Below are positions 49,285 through 58,933 of a stretch of DNA of 64,000 nucleotides, piece by piece. Source of the DNA: Anaerolineae bacterium (GTDB lineage: Bacteria; Chloroflexota; Anaerolineae; UBA1429); assembly GCA_963675785.1 (NCBI GenBank), contig OY776562.1:1984001-2048000 (forward strand), read 5' to 3'. Position 1 is the stretch's first letter. The number at the start of each line of letters is the position of its first letter. The notes beneath the pieces were generated by a model. That model was not told where the DNA came from. It searched no databases and worked only from the letters and a program-made list of their open reading frames with translations. The position numbers and the translations under genes are program-made.

Positions 49285-50247
49285 CTAGAACTGTATGGAT
49301 TCGCCAGCCTGTGCGGCCCAAGCGATCTCGATAGATCGTAGCGAATCGCTGACAGTGGGCGACAATGCCTTTTGAGCACGGAGCGCTTCCACAAAGGCTG
49401 CACTCTCGCCCCAAAAGCCGCAGATACGTTCTGGCGGCTCGGAATCCTCATTCTCCAGGCGCTCAACCAGCTTGCCGCGTTCATATCCCTCATAAAAGCC
49501 AGGATAGTGCGTCAACCAATCAGTGAGGCCATCGGCAATGCAGGTGTAATCGCCAGCATGACCAGAATAGCGCTCACTCTGGACGCCCACCTGCGGGAGC
49601 ATCTCCATACGACCGCTGGCCCCACCCGCAAAAGCAAAGGCGACCAAACGACTGCCTCGACGCCCGACGATCGTCTCGATTGAATCCACGCGATCATCAG
49701 CCAAATAGCACAGCGCATCTAGGCCGTGCAGGCCAGTGGCAAAAGGGAACACATCTTCATCGCGATGCGTACGGTAAAACTGGCAGGACACTGCATCCGC
49801 GCCGCCGCGGGCTCGAAGCTGATCGCGCATGCGCACCAAGAAAGGCGTAAACCGCCGGTTAAAGGCCACCATGTTGGGCGTTCCGGTTTCCCGGGCGATG
49901 GTTGCTAACTCGCGCGCCTCAGCCAGATTTGCTCCGGGCGGCTTTTCCATCAGTGTGGGTACGCCTGCCCGCAGAAAATAGCCGGAAACTTGACACGTGA
50001 GTGCCACCGGCACCAACACCCAAACAGCGTCGAGCTGCGCTCGTTCGACGAGTTGATGGTAATCACTATAGGCAGCCTCAAAGCCGTATTGTGCCGCCGC
50101 GGCAGATGCTCGATCGGCATCGACATCACAGACGGCAGCCAGCACCAAATCGCCGTGCTCACGCGCCAAAGCACGTAACGACGGCAAATGGTAGCGGTTT
50201 GCAATGCTGCCCACGCCTACAACGCCGATACGCACATATGCCTCCAT
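49285..50247 (-). CDS. Gfo/Idh/MocA oxidoreductase
   Basis: GVVGVGSIA, EKPP, VAFNRRF. Confidence 0.9.
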   Translation of the reverse strand: MEAYVRIGVVGVGSIANRYHLPSLRALAREHGDLVLAAVCDVDADRASAAAAQYGFEAAYSDYHQLVERAQLDAVWVLVPVALTCQVSGYFLRAGVPTLMEKPPGANLAEARELATIARETGTPNMVAFNRRFTPFLVRMRDQLRARGGADAVSCQFYRTHRDEDVFPFATGLHGLDALCYLADDRVDSIETIVGRRGSRLVAFAFAGGASGRMEMLPQVGVQSERYSGHAGDYTCIADGLTDWLTHYPGFYEGYERGKLVERLENEDSEPPERICGFWGESAAFVEALRAQKALSPTVSDSLRSIEIAWAAQAGESIQF

Positions 50248-50380
50248 GAATAACAGACTGCCTCATCTTAGGTTGACAGCGAACGCGCGTCAACTATATA
50301 CCATATCGCGGTTGCACTTGATGCACTGCCTGCCTATGATGCAGCCATTATTTATTGCACATCAGGAGTGCGTGCCAATT

Positions 50381-51601
50381 ATGCCAACTGTTCGCGCCGT
50401 CAAATGCTCTCATGATGCCAGCGATGACCAAGTACTCGCTTCGCTGATCCGCGCTACAGATCCGCTGGCCGATGCCTGGGCAAAGCTGGAAACTGCCAAA
50501 CTAATCACCATCAAGTTCAACCAAGCCTGGCCCAATGCCCGAATAAGAACATTCCGCGGCCAAAACCAGGAACACGTCGATGAGCGAGTGGCTCGCGCCC
50601 TGCTCACACTGCTCAAACAACGCACCAAGGCCCGTATCGCCATCTGTGATATTAGTGTAGAGGGCGGAGGCGGTGGGCTGGGCGATTATGCCCTTATGCC
50701 AGTCTTTCGTGAATTCGATGTCGATGTCATCGATGGCGACCAGCCACCCTACACCTTGGTCGATGTGCCACATGATCAGGGGCTATTCAAACGCTATATG
50801 TTGCCCGAGTGCGTAGCCCATGCCGACGCCGTCATCTCGGTGCAAAAGATCAAAAACCACAAAGCGATGGGCGTCACCTTGTGTATGAAGAACCTCTTTG
50901 GCTTGCTTACCCGCGATCCCTGGTTCCACGGCCGACACTATTTTCACCACTTTGTACGGTTGCCTCACATGTTGGCAGATCTGGGCGCCATCATCCAGCC
51001 CTGCCTGAATGTGCTGGATGGCCTCTCTTCACAAAGAGGGGGCGAATGGAACGGAAAGCCCTTTGTAACGAACACGCTCATGGCTGGTGACAATGTGGTC
51101 TCCACGGATGCCATGGCCACCCACTTGATGGGACACAACCCCTTGGGTGATTATCCATCGCCCCCCTATATACGCGATAAGAACCATTTAGGTATCGCCC
51201 ATCGGGCCGGAACTGGCACAGCCGACCGCAGTGAGATTGATTTCGAGAGCGAAGTGGACGAGCCCATTGGCCAATTCTACTGCGAGCGCATGTCTTCGCC
51301 TGAGCAGACGCGTAGCTGGCTGAGGACAACCTGCGAACAGGCCCTTTATTATCGCGATAACATGGCACGCTTTTCAGCTTACGCCGGACGATATATCCTA
51401 TTGCAGGATCAGGTGGTGCGCTGGGTGGGTGATTCGGCGCGACTGCAGATTAGCCGCAGTGTGCTGTCAGGCGGGAATCCCGATAGCGCCATGTGGCTCA
51501 AGTATGTCGACCCCGACGAGACCGAGGGTGAGAACTATGCCATTTACAAAGATCTTCTCCAGGAGCTCGACTGGATAGAGCGTTATCGCCGGCACAGTTA
51601 G
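50381..51601 (+). CDS. DUF362 domain protein with C-terminal extension
   Basis: IKFN, KIKNH...TLCMKNLFG, VLDG, DAMATHLMG. Confidence 0.85.
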   Translation: MPTVRAVKCSHDASDDQVLASLIRATDPLADAWAKLETAKLITIKFNQAWPNARIRTFRGQNQEHVDERVARALLTLLKQRTKARIAICDISVEGGGGGLGDYALMPVFREFDVDVIDGDQPPYTLVDVPHDQGLFKRYMLPECVAHADAVISVQKIKNHKAMGVTLCMKNLFGLLTRDPWFHGRHYFHHFVRLPHMLADLGAIIQPCLNVLDGLSSQRGGEWNGKPFVTNTLMAGDNVVSTDAMATHLMGHNPLGDYPSPPYIRDKNHLGIAHRAGTGTADRSEIDFESEVDEPIGQFYCERMSSPEQTRSWLRTTCEQALYYRDNMARFSAYAGRYILLQDQVVRWVGDSARLQISRSVLSGGNPDSAMWLKYVDPDETEGENYAIYKDLLQELDWIERYRRHS

Positions 51602-51611
51602 GAGAGTAACA

Positions 51612-53081
51612 ATGCAAGCCGAACGCCCCAATATCCTCATCTTTATGAACGATCAGCAAGGCGCTGAACCGACCATGCCTGGGCACCCCTGTGCCACGCC
51701 TAACGCCGACCGATTGGCTGCTGAGGGCGTTCTCTTTGCCAACGCCTACACTTGCACGGCCCACTGCTGCCCCTCGCGGGCCTCGTTTATGACAGGGCTA
51801 ATGCCCAGCCGTCACGGCGTCTATAACAATGTGCTCAATGATGCCGCTATTCACGAATCGCTCAATCCTGGGATCACCACCTTTAGCGAGGTGCTGGCGG
51901 GGAATGGCTACAACCTGGCTTATTCGGGCAAGTGGCACGTCTCTGCCACCGAAGGTCCCTCGGAGCGGGGTTGGGAGACCTATTTCAGCTCGGCGGTAGA
52001 GGGCGAATGGCACGGCACCCGCTGGGAGCGCTACAGAGCCATGGCCCAAGAGCCAGAGGATACCTCACCGCGCGGCCAAGGTGAGCTAGACCGGCCCGGC
52101 TGGGGGCGTTACCGTTTGTACGGTACTCGCCCCGCCGATCCCGAGACGGATCCGTTCAACCCACATGACTTGCAGGCCATACAAAGCGGCATTCGGGCAC
52201 TCAATAATCTGGCGTCTGGCAACAAGCCCTGGTGTTTATATGTTGGCCCTGTGGGCCCGCACGACCCCTATATCATTCCCGAGCATTATGCCACCATGTA
52301 TGATCCGGCCAGCATTGAACTGCCACCCAGCTTTTATGATAACCTGCTGGACAAGCCCCGCGTCTATCAGCGACAACGCCAATTCTGGAACCAGATGAGC
52401 GAGGATGAGTATCGTCAGGCTATCGCCCATTACTGGGGCTTTTGCACCATGCAAGATGACTTGTTGGGTATGGTACTGGATGCCCTGGACGAATCTGGCC
52501 AAGCTGAAAACACACTGGTCATTTTCATGTCGGATCACGGCGATTACTGCGGCGCTCACGGCTTGTTCATGAAGGGTGTAGCGGCCTTTGACGAGTGCTA
52601 CCACATTCCCTGCATCATGCGTTGGCCACGCGGCATCAAGAACCCAGGGCGTGTCATCGACGAGTATATCTCTCATATCGACTTTGCCCCCACCTTTTGC
52701 CAGATGACCGGCTGCCAAATGCCAGAGAGTTCCGGACGCAGTATGATCCCCTTGTTACACGACAAGGAGATGGTGGATTGGCCCGATGCCATCTACAGCC
52801 AGATGAACGGCGTTGAGCTATACTATTCACAGCGCTTTGTGCGCACCCATGAATGGAAATACGTCTATAACGGATTCGATTTCGACGAGTTGTATAATCT
52901 GGTGGAGGATCCCCACTGCATGCGCAACCTGGCCCAAGATCCCCGCTATCTGCCAGTGATCAAAGAAATGTGCAGCCGCATGTGGAAAAAGGGCTATGAG
53001 GAGCGGGACATCAATTGCAATCCCTATCCTACTGTAAGTCTGGCACCCTTTGGCCCTATGGTAGGATTGCAAGACCTTTAG
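51612..53081 (+). CDS. Sulfatase-family hydrolase (Cys-type)
   Basis: RPNILIFMNDQ, HCCPSRASFMTG (CxPxR), GKWH, PHDP, SDHG. Confidence 0.93.
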   Translation: MQAERPNILIFMNDQQGAEPTMPGHPCATPNADRLAAEGVLFANAYTCTAHCCPSRASFMTGLMPSRHGVYNNVLNDAAIHESLNPGITTFSEVLAGNGYNLAYSGKWHVSATEGPSERGWETYFSSAVEGEWHGTRWERYRAMAQEPEDTSPRGQGELDRPGWGRYRLYGTRPADPETDPFNPHDLQAIQSGIRALNNLASGNKPWCLYVGPVGPHDPYIIPEHYATMYDPASIELPPSFYDNLLDKPRVYQRQRQFWNQMSEDEYRQAIAHYWGFCTMQDDLLGMVLDALDESGQAENTLVIFMSDHGDYCGAHGLFMKGVAAFDECYHIPCIMRWPRGIKNPGRVIDEYISHIDFAPTFCQMTGCQMPESSGRSMIPLLHDKEMVDWPDAIYSQMNGVELYYSQRFVRTHEWKYVYNGFDFDELYNLVEDPHCMRNLAQDPRYLPVIKEMCSRMWKKGYEERDINCNPYPTVSLAPFGPMVGLQDL

Positions 53082-53123
53082 ATCTAGAACCTTTAGATCT
53101 GCGATCTATGGAAGGAGTTGGCT

Positions 53124-54548
53124 ATGAATCGACCCGAATTTGCAGAGAGCCTGGCAGCACTTTTGGATTCACCGCAGGATGAGGCAGCACGCGATTTTGT
53201 CTATCACTATGCACCCATCATCTTGTTCGATGAGCGCGAACCGTTTCTGCCCTTAGCAGGCGGATATACAGTGTTCACCGAGGATGGCCCTTCGGCCTCT
53301 TTTCGGCGAGACGTGGCCCTACGTGGCGCTGACGCTGCCATCGAATACGCCATCTGGTGGGACTGGGATATCGAGCACCTCTATGAACTCGAACATGTGT
53401 GGGTGTATGTCAAAGACGATGAAGTAATGCGCGTCGAGGCCAGCTGGCACGGTAAGATGCACGACATGCTTTCTGGCCCCCACGAACCCGTCCGCGGCAC
53501 GCATCCGGTGGTTTATTCACAGCCGGGCAAGCACGCCTTTGCTGCTATGCCCGATTGGTATGATGAGTTCAAAGCCTGGGCGCCCCGCCAGAGCCAGACC
53601 AATCGCCTGGCCGGAGCCGGCGGCGTGTTAGCTCCAGCTATGTTTGGCGGCAAAATCAGCGAGTGTCCCTTGTACAACACCCTGGTGCGCACCTATATGC
53701 AAAGGATGTGTTTTGATGCATCCTGGTCCTTCACCAACGAATTCTCTTTCAACCGCGAGCAGATGGTGCCCTGGAAAACGCTATTCGAGTGGATTCCGAG
53801 CCGGGTGAACCTGTGGACGAGCATTATGGAGCAAGAGATCGCCCCTTCTGAATACCGCTATCTCAGGATCGGCCATCGCGGTGCACGCGCTTATGCGCCG
53901 GATAACACACTGACTTCATTCAAAAAAGCCATTGAATTGGATGCCGATTTCTCCGAGCTGGATGTTCATCTGACGGCAGATGGCAAAATAGCCGTCATCC
54001 ATGACGACATGCTACGCACCAACGATGGGCAATTTCTCAAGGTGCACGAACACACTCTGGAAGAGTTGCAGCGCGTTGATTTGGGCGGCGGAGAACGCGT
54101 CCCCGAGCTCAAAGAGGTTTTTGCCTTGGCTCGACAGTCTTTCATGGGGCTTTTGATTGAGATCAAGGACGGCCGTGTCATCCCCCAGCTTGCCGGGCTG
54201 TTCACCGAATCATGGATGAAACGTCTGGTTATGGTGAGCTCTTTTCGGCCAGACTGGGTGGCAGAGTTTGGGGCTGCTGTGCCAGGCGTGTCTACGGCTG
54301 TGCTCTTTGAATCGGCCAACATCAACGCCGTGGCGCTAGCCAAGGCCGCAGGAGCCCAGTATGTAGACCCCTGTTGGGAAGGCCTGAGGGATGATCCCGC
54401 AGATTTATTGACCGAGGAATGGATGAAAGCCGTGCGCGAGGCTAACTTGGGTATCATCTGCTGGAGCGAACAACGCCCCAAGGTCATCGAGCACTTGAGG
54501 CAAATTGGGGTGGATGCCCTATGCAGCGATCAGCCTGATCTGTTGTAG
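53124..54548 (+). CDS. Glycerophosphodiester phosphodiesterase with uncharacterised N-terminal domain
   Basis: C-terminal IGHRGA..PDNT..ELDVHLTADG..HD..EIK..SSF; about 250-aa extra N-terminal domain. Confidence 0.85.
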   Translation: MNRPEFAESLAALLDSPQDEAARDFVYHYAPIILFDEREPFLPLAGGYTVFTEDGPSASFRRDVALRGADAAIEYAIWWDWDIEHLYELEHVWVYVKDDEVMRVEASWHGKMHDMLSGPHEPVRGTHPVVYSQPGKHAFAAMPDWYDEFKAWAPRQSQTNRLAGAGGVLAPAMFGGKISECPLYNTLVRTYMQRMCFDASWSFTNEFSFNREQMVPWKTLFEWIPSRVNLWTSIMEQEIAPSEYRYLRIGHRGARAYAPDNTLTSFKKAIELDADFSELDVHLTADGKIAVIHDDMLRTNDGQFLKVHEHTLEELQRVDLGGGERVPELKEVFALARQSFMGLLIEIKDGRVIPQLAGLFTESWMKRLVMVSSFRPDWVAEFGAAVPGVSTAVLFESANINAVALAKAAGAQYVDPCWEGLRDDPADLLTEEWMKAVREANLGIICWSEQRPKVIEHLRQIGVDALCSDQPDLL

Positions 54549-54595
54549 TGAACAAAGGGCCCTCTTTCTGAGGGCTCTTTTGCCAAAGGAGTGCC

Positions 54596-55495
54596 ATGGA
54601 ACACATCATCAAACTCGTACACCATAGCGCCAACCGAGAGCACGGCTTTCCCTCAGGCTCGTTAGCGGCAGTACGTAACTGTATCGAGAACAAGGCCAGC
54701 TATATCGAAGTGGACATCTGCCCTACCGTCGATGGACGCTGGGCGCTGCTGCATAATCCCACCCTCGAAGGGCAAGTCACTGGCAAAGGCCGTGTGGATG
54801 CTCACACCGCCGCTGAGCTGGCTGGCATGAAGTTGATAACAAACGGCCAACCCACCGCAGAGCCGGTATCCTTCCTCAGCGACCTGCTGATTCTGATGGA
54901 AACGACCCCCTATCCCCTTGAGCTCCAACTCGACCTCAAGGCACACTCACCTCTTCCCCTACCTTTGTTGGAAGGGCTAGTACAGGCCTGTGAACCACTG
55001 CTGGGGCGCATTCGCATCAGTAGCGTGGCCGATTGGGTGCTGCGCCGTTTGGCACGCATCGAACCGCAGCTGGCTTTGGGATTCGATCCCCTAGCTTATT
55101 TGGATGTGGGCAACGGTCAGGAACGCAAATCACCACCCAGGCGAGTTGGTGCCTACGGCTATCATGACGAGCACCCTTTGGCGGAAACTGTGTGGGGCAC
55201 CCCTGCAGAATATCTGGCTACGCGGGCCGAGATCCTCTACGACCAAGCTCCTGCTGGCGCGGTCTGGTACATCCGCGCCTACATGCTGGATCAAGCCCTA
55301 CGAAACGGCTTTGACTGGATCACCTTTTTGCACAACCGCGACGCAGAAGTGGATGCTTGGACACTAGATAACACCCGATCGTTGGATACCGCACTCATCC
55401 CCCAATTGGCCCAGGCTAACGTCGACCGTATTACCAGCAATACGGCGCCAGCCATTGCTGCACTGCTTCAAGAATCTTGTTGCGTGCAGCTTTAG
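54596..55495 (+). CDS. Atypical GDPD-family phosphodiesterase
   Basis: IEVDI...DG..LLH, QLDLK, AWTLD, ITSN; HHS in place of HRG. Confidence 0.75.
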   Translation: MEHIIKLVHHSANREHGFPSGSLAAVRNCIENKASYIEVDICPTVDGRWALLHNPTLEGQVTGKGRVDAHTAAELAGMKLITNGQPTAEPVSFLSDLLILMETTPYPLELQLDLKAHSPLPLPLLEGLVQACEPLLGRIRISSVADWVLRRLARIEPQLALGFDPLAYLDVGNGQERKSPPRRVGAYGYHDEHPLAETVWGTPAEYLATRAEILYDQAPAGAVWYIRAYMLDQALRNGFDWITFLHNRDAEVDAWTLDNTRSLDTALIPQLAQANVDRITSNTAPAIAALLQESCCVQL

Positions 55496-55498
55496 CAC

Positions 55499-55605
55499 TT
55501 GACAAAAAAACGACCTTGCCTATACTGCTGTGCATGTGCACACGTGTGCATCAAGCCCTACCTCCTCTGGGCGGTTTTTTTGACTAACCGATGCACACGT
55601 GTGCA
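55499..55605 (+). promoter_or_regulatory. Promoter and two identical LacI-type operators
   Basis: TTGACA(55499)-16 bp-TATACT(55521); TGCACACGTGTGCA at 55537-55550 and 55592-55605. Confidence 0.85.
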
Positions 55606-55635
55606 ATGCGTTGATTGCAACTTTCGAAAGGGAAG

Positions 55636-56643
55636 ATGTTGGGCGGCGTATCCATTAAGGACATTGCCAGAGAAGCCGGTGTCTCACATTCGACTGTCTC
55701 ACGTGCTTTGAGAAACAGTCCACTCGTTAATTGTGAGACCGCCGAACGTATTCAAAAACTGGCCCGACATATGGGGTACTCACCCGATACCATCGCCCGC
55801 AGCCTGGTAACCGGTAAAACAAACACCATTGGTGTCGTTGTAACCTCGATCGTCGATCCTTTTGTGGCGGGCATCGTTCAGGCCATCGAATCCCAAGCCA
55901 GCCAACAAGGCTATACCGTCATCCTGGCATCCTCAGCCGCCCAGCCCGTTCGTGAAATGGAAGCTGTACGTATGCTGCGCGAAAAGCGCATTGATGGCAT
56001 TATTGTAACGTCATCCCGCGTTGGCAGTCTCTATGCCAATGTCCTCGATCAACTCGGTATACCCATTGTGCTGATCAACACCCACGCTGAAGGCGGTACC
56101 CAATACACCTATTCGGTTACGATTGATAACGAGCACGGCGGCTATACAGCTACCAAACACCTCATTGCCCAAGGACACGAGCGCATCGCCTATATTGCCG
56201 GCTCGGATCGACATAGTGACGACATCGGCCGCATGGCCGGATACCGCCGGGCATTGGCAGAAGCCGATGTCGAATTCGATAACGCATTGATCCTTCGTGG
56301 CGACGGCACCGCCGAAGGTGGCCGATGTATCCTAGAACAGCTATTGACATTGCCCGGCCGCCCTTCAGCTGTGTTTTGCTATAACGACCTGACTGCAATT
56401 GGCGTGATGAGCCGTGCGCGCGAGCTGGGATTGTTCGTGCCCAACGATATCGCCGTGGTTGGCTTTGACGATATCCCTTTTAGTTCATTGATGTGGCCCA
56501 CCCTAACGACTATAGCCCAGCCGATTGAGCGTATGGGCTCTTGTGCGGTAGATATGATGATGCAGCTTCTCAAGCAGCGCGGCGATGGCGGCGTTCATAA
56601 CCAGGTGCTACAAGGATATCTTGTGGATCGCGCTTCAACGTAG
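55636..56643 (+). CDS. LacI family transcriptional regulator
   Basis: SIKDIAREAGVSHSTVSRAL; YNDLTAIG; GFDDI; LTTIAQP. Confidence 0.95.
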   Translation: MLGGVSIKDIAREAGVSHSTVSRALRNSPLVNCETAERIQKLARHMGYSPDTIARSLVTGKTNTIGVVVTSIVDPFVAGIVQAIESQASQQGYTVILASSAAQPVREMEAVRMLREKRIDGIIVTSSRVGSLYANVLDQLGIPIVLINTHAEGGTQYTYSVTIDNEHGGYTATKHLIAQGHERIAYIAGSDRHSDDIGRMAGYRRALAEADVEFDNALILRGDGTAEGGRCILEQLLTLPGRPSAVFCYNDLTAIGVMSRARELGLFVPNDIAVVGFDDIPFSSLMWPTLTTIAQPIERMGSCAVDMMMQLLKQRGDGGVHNQVLQGYLVDRAST

Positions 56644-56719
56644 TGTGTAGGCTGGTGGTAAAAGCCACCAGTTTCGCTTTTTGGTTAGCGATCAGCGTGA
56701 CGCAGATCAAGGAGGCACC

Positions 56720-57880
56720 ATGAAAGGTCTAGTTCTCAACGCAGAGTGGGATCCCCGCCCGGAGTATCAAGTTTCGGACTGGGAAAAGGAAACCGGAAAG
56801 GTCATCAACGGCAACAAAGTTTGGCGCAATCCATCTCTCGAGGTCAAAGCTTGGCCCGATCCCGAGATTGGCCCCAAAGACGTACTATTAGAGATTCAGG
56901 CTTGTGGCGTTTGCGGTTCAGACATGCACTTTTACGAGACCGACAAGGACGGCTATATCCTCTATCCAGGCTTGACCCGCTTCCCGACCATCTTGGGTCA
57001 CGAATTCTCTGGTAAGGTCGTCGAAGTGGGCCCCGATGTTGTCGATCTCAAGGTTGGCGATATGGTTACCGCCGAAGAGATGATTTGGTGCGGTTACTGC
57101 ATCCCCTGCCGCAACGGCTATCCCAACCATTGCACCAACCTGGAAGAAATCGGCTTTACCATCCCCGGCGCCTTTGCCAACTATATCTCGGTGAACGAAA
57201 AATACTGCTGGAAGATCGACGCCATCGCCGAGCGCTTTGGTGATGAGACCAAGGCCTACGAAGTAGGTGCTCTGACCGAGCCCACCACCGTAGCCTACAA
57301 TGGTATGTTCGAGCGCGCCGGCGGCTTTCGCCCCGGCCACTATGTCGCCATCTATGGTGCAGGCCCCATCGGTCTGGCCGCAGTGGGTCTGGCTCGCGCA
57401 GCTGGCGCAGGCAAGATCGTCTCTTTTGAAATCTCTCCAGAGCGCCGCGAGTTGGCCAAAAAAGTCGGCGCCGATTATGTATACGACCCGCGCGAAGTCA
57501 AGCCCTCGGAAGTGCTAAAGGAATTGAGTGCCGGAGCCGGTTTCGATTTTCAGGTAGAAGCCGCTGGTGCCCCCGGCATCACCATTCCCGAAATGCAGGA
57601 ATCTCTGGCCATCAACAGCAAGGTCGTACAAATCGGCCGCGGCGCTCAGCAAGTGCCCATGTACCTCGAAAATTTCCAGGTCCGCCGCTCGCAGATATTT
57701 GGTGCACAGGGTCATTCGGGCCATGAGACCTTCCCGAACGTCATTCGCCTGGTCGCCTCGGGTCGCTTGGACCTAAGCCCCATCATCACGTCCAAGTATG
57801 ATCTGGTTGACACAGTCAGTGCCATCGCCAAATCGACGCAACGCCGAGACGGCAAGATTTTGGTCAAACCGAACGCCTGA
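56720..57880 (+). CDS. iolM: scyllo-inosose 3-dehydrogenase (Zn-dependent MDR)
   Basis: Distinctive N-terminus (AEWDPRPEY...GNKVWRNP), CGVCGSD..YILYPGLT, GHEFSG, GAQGHSGH; context. Confidence 0.85.
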   Translation: MKGLVLNAEWDPRPEYQVSDWEKETGKVINGNKVWRNPSLEVKAWPDPEIGPKDVLLEIQACGVCGSDMHFYETDKDGYILYPGLTRFPTILGHEFSGKVVEVGPDVVDLKVGDMVTAEEMIWCGYCIPCRNGYPNHCTNLEEIGFTIPGAFANYISVNEKYCWKIDAIAERFGDETKAYEVGALTEPTTVAYNGMFERAGGFRPGHYVAIYGAGPIGLAAVGLARAAGAGKIVSFEISPERRELAKKVGADYVYDPREVKPSEVLKELSAGAGFDFQVEAAGAPGITIPEMQESLAINSKVVQIGRGAQQVPMYLENFQVRRSQIFGAQGHSGHETFPNVIRLVASGRLDLSPIITSKYDLVDTVSAIAKSTQRRDGKILVKPNA

Positions 57881-57899
57881 TTAGGGCAGGAGCAAGCTC

Positions 57900-58919
57900 A
57901 TGGCAGAAAAATTGAGGTTAGGTCTGCTCGGCGCCGGCAGGATCGGCAAATTGCATGGGCGTAACATCGCCAATCGCATCGAGAATGCAACATTAGCGGC
58001 TATTGCCGATGTATACGTGGCCGCTGCACAGGCGCTGGCTGACGAACTCGGTGTTGCCCAAGTGTACAATGACCCGATGCACGTGATCAACGATCCCGAG
58101 ATTGATGCCGTCATCATTTGCACCAGCACCAACACCCATGCCGAATTGATTGAAGCGGCAGCCAAAGCGGGCAAGCATATCTTTTGCGAAAAGCCCATCG
58201 ATCACGATCTGGCGCGCATTGACCAGGTACTTGAGGTTGTGAAAGAAGCGGGCATCAATCTGCAAGTAGGGTTCAACAGACGCTTTGACCCAGGATTTGC
58301 CCGAGCCCAGCGCGCGGTAGCCGAGGGCCAGGTGGGCGATGTGCAGATCATGCGCATCACTAGCCGCGACCCGGCTCCCCCCCCCATCGAGTATGTCAAG
58401 GTTTCTGGCGGCCTGTTCATGGACATGATGATCCACGACTTTGACATGAGCCGCTTTTTGGTGGGCCGTGAGGTAGAAGAAATCTATGCTGTAGGCGCCG
58501 TGCTCATCGATCCAGCCATTGGCGAGGTCGGCGATGTGGATACAGCAGTTGTCACCATCCGTTTTGAGAACGGCGTCATTGGCACCATCGATTGCAGCCG
58601 CCAGGCTGTGTATGGCTATGACCAGCGCATCGAGGTGTTTGGCTCCAAAGGTATGGTCGCAGTGGGTAACAACACGCCAGATCAGGCCGTTGTGACCACA
58701 ATAGACGGCGCCTTGGCTGCCAAGCCAGTCTATTTCTTCCTGGAACGCTACGAGCAGGCCTATATCGCCGAGATGACCGCCTTTGCCCAGGCCATTCTTG
58801 ATGGTACCGAAACACCGGTAACAGGATGGGACGGACGCATGCCCGTGGTTATGGCTGCTGCAGCACTCAAATCACTGAAAGAAGGGCGACCCGTTCGCCT
58901 GGATGAAATCAGAGCATAG
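57900..58919 (+). CDS. iolG: Inositol 2-dehydrogenase
   Basis: GAGRIG, CEKP, GFNRRFD, SRDP, DMMIHDFD, YGYDQRIE. Confidence 0.92.
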   Translation: MAEKLRLGLLGAGRIGKLHGRNIANRIENATLAAIADVYVAAAQALADELGVAQVYNDPMHVINDPEIDAVIICTSTNTHAELIEAAAKAGKHIFCEKPIDHDLARIDQVLEVVKEAGINLQVGFNRRFDPGFARAQRAVAEGQVGDVQIMRITSRDPAPPPIEYVKVSGGLFMDMMIHDFDMSRFLVGREVEEIYAVGAVLIDPAIGEVGDVDTAVVTIRFENGVIGTIDCSRQAVYGYDQRIEVFGSKGMVAVGNNTPDQAVVTTIDGALAAKPVYFFLERYEQAYIAEMTAFAQAILDGTETPVTGWDGRMPVVMAAAALKSLKEGRPVRLDEIRA

Positions 58920-58933
58920 GATTGGAGAATATC

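Noticed and set aside
53074-53100. Short direct repeats ACCTTTAGATCT x2 (and TAGATTGTGAG x2 at about 63785-63809)
   Set aside because: Local micro-duplications at gene boundaries, with no intervening element to suggest target-site duplications
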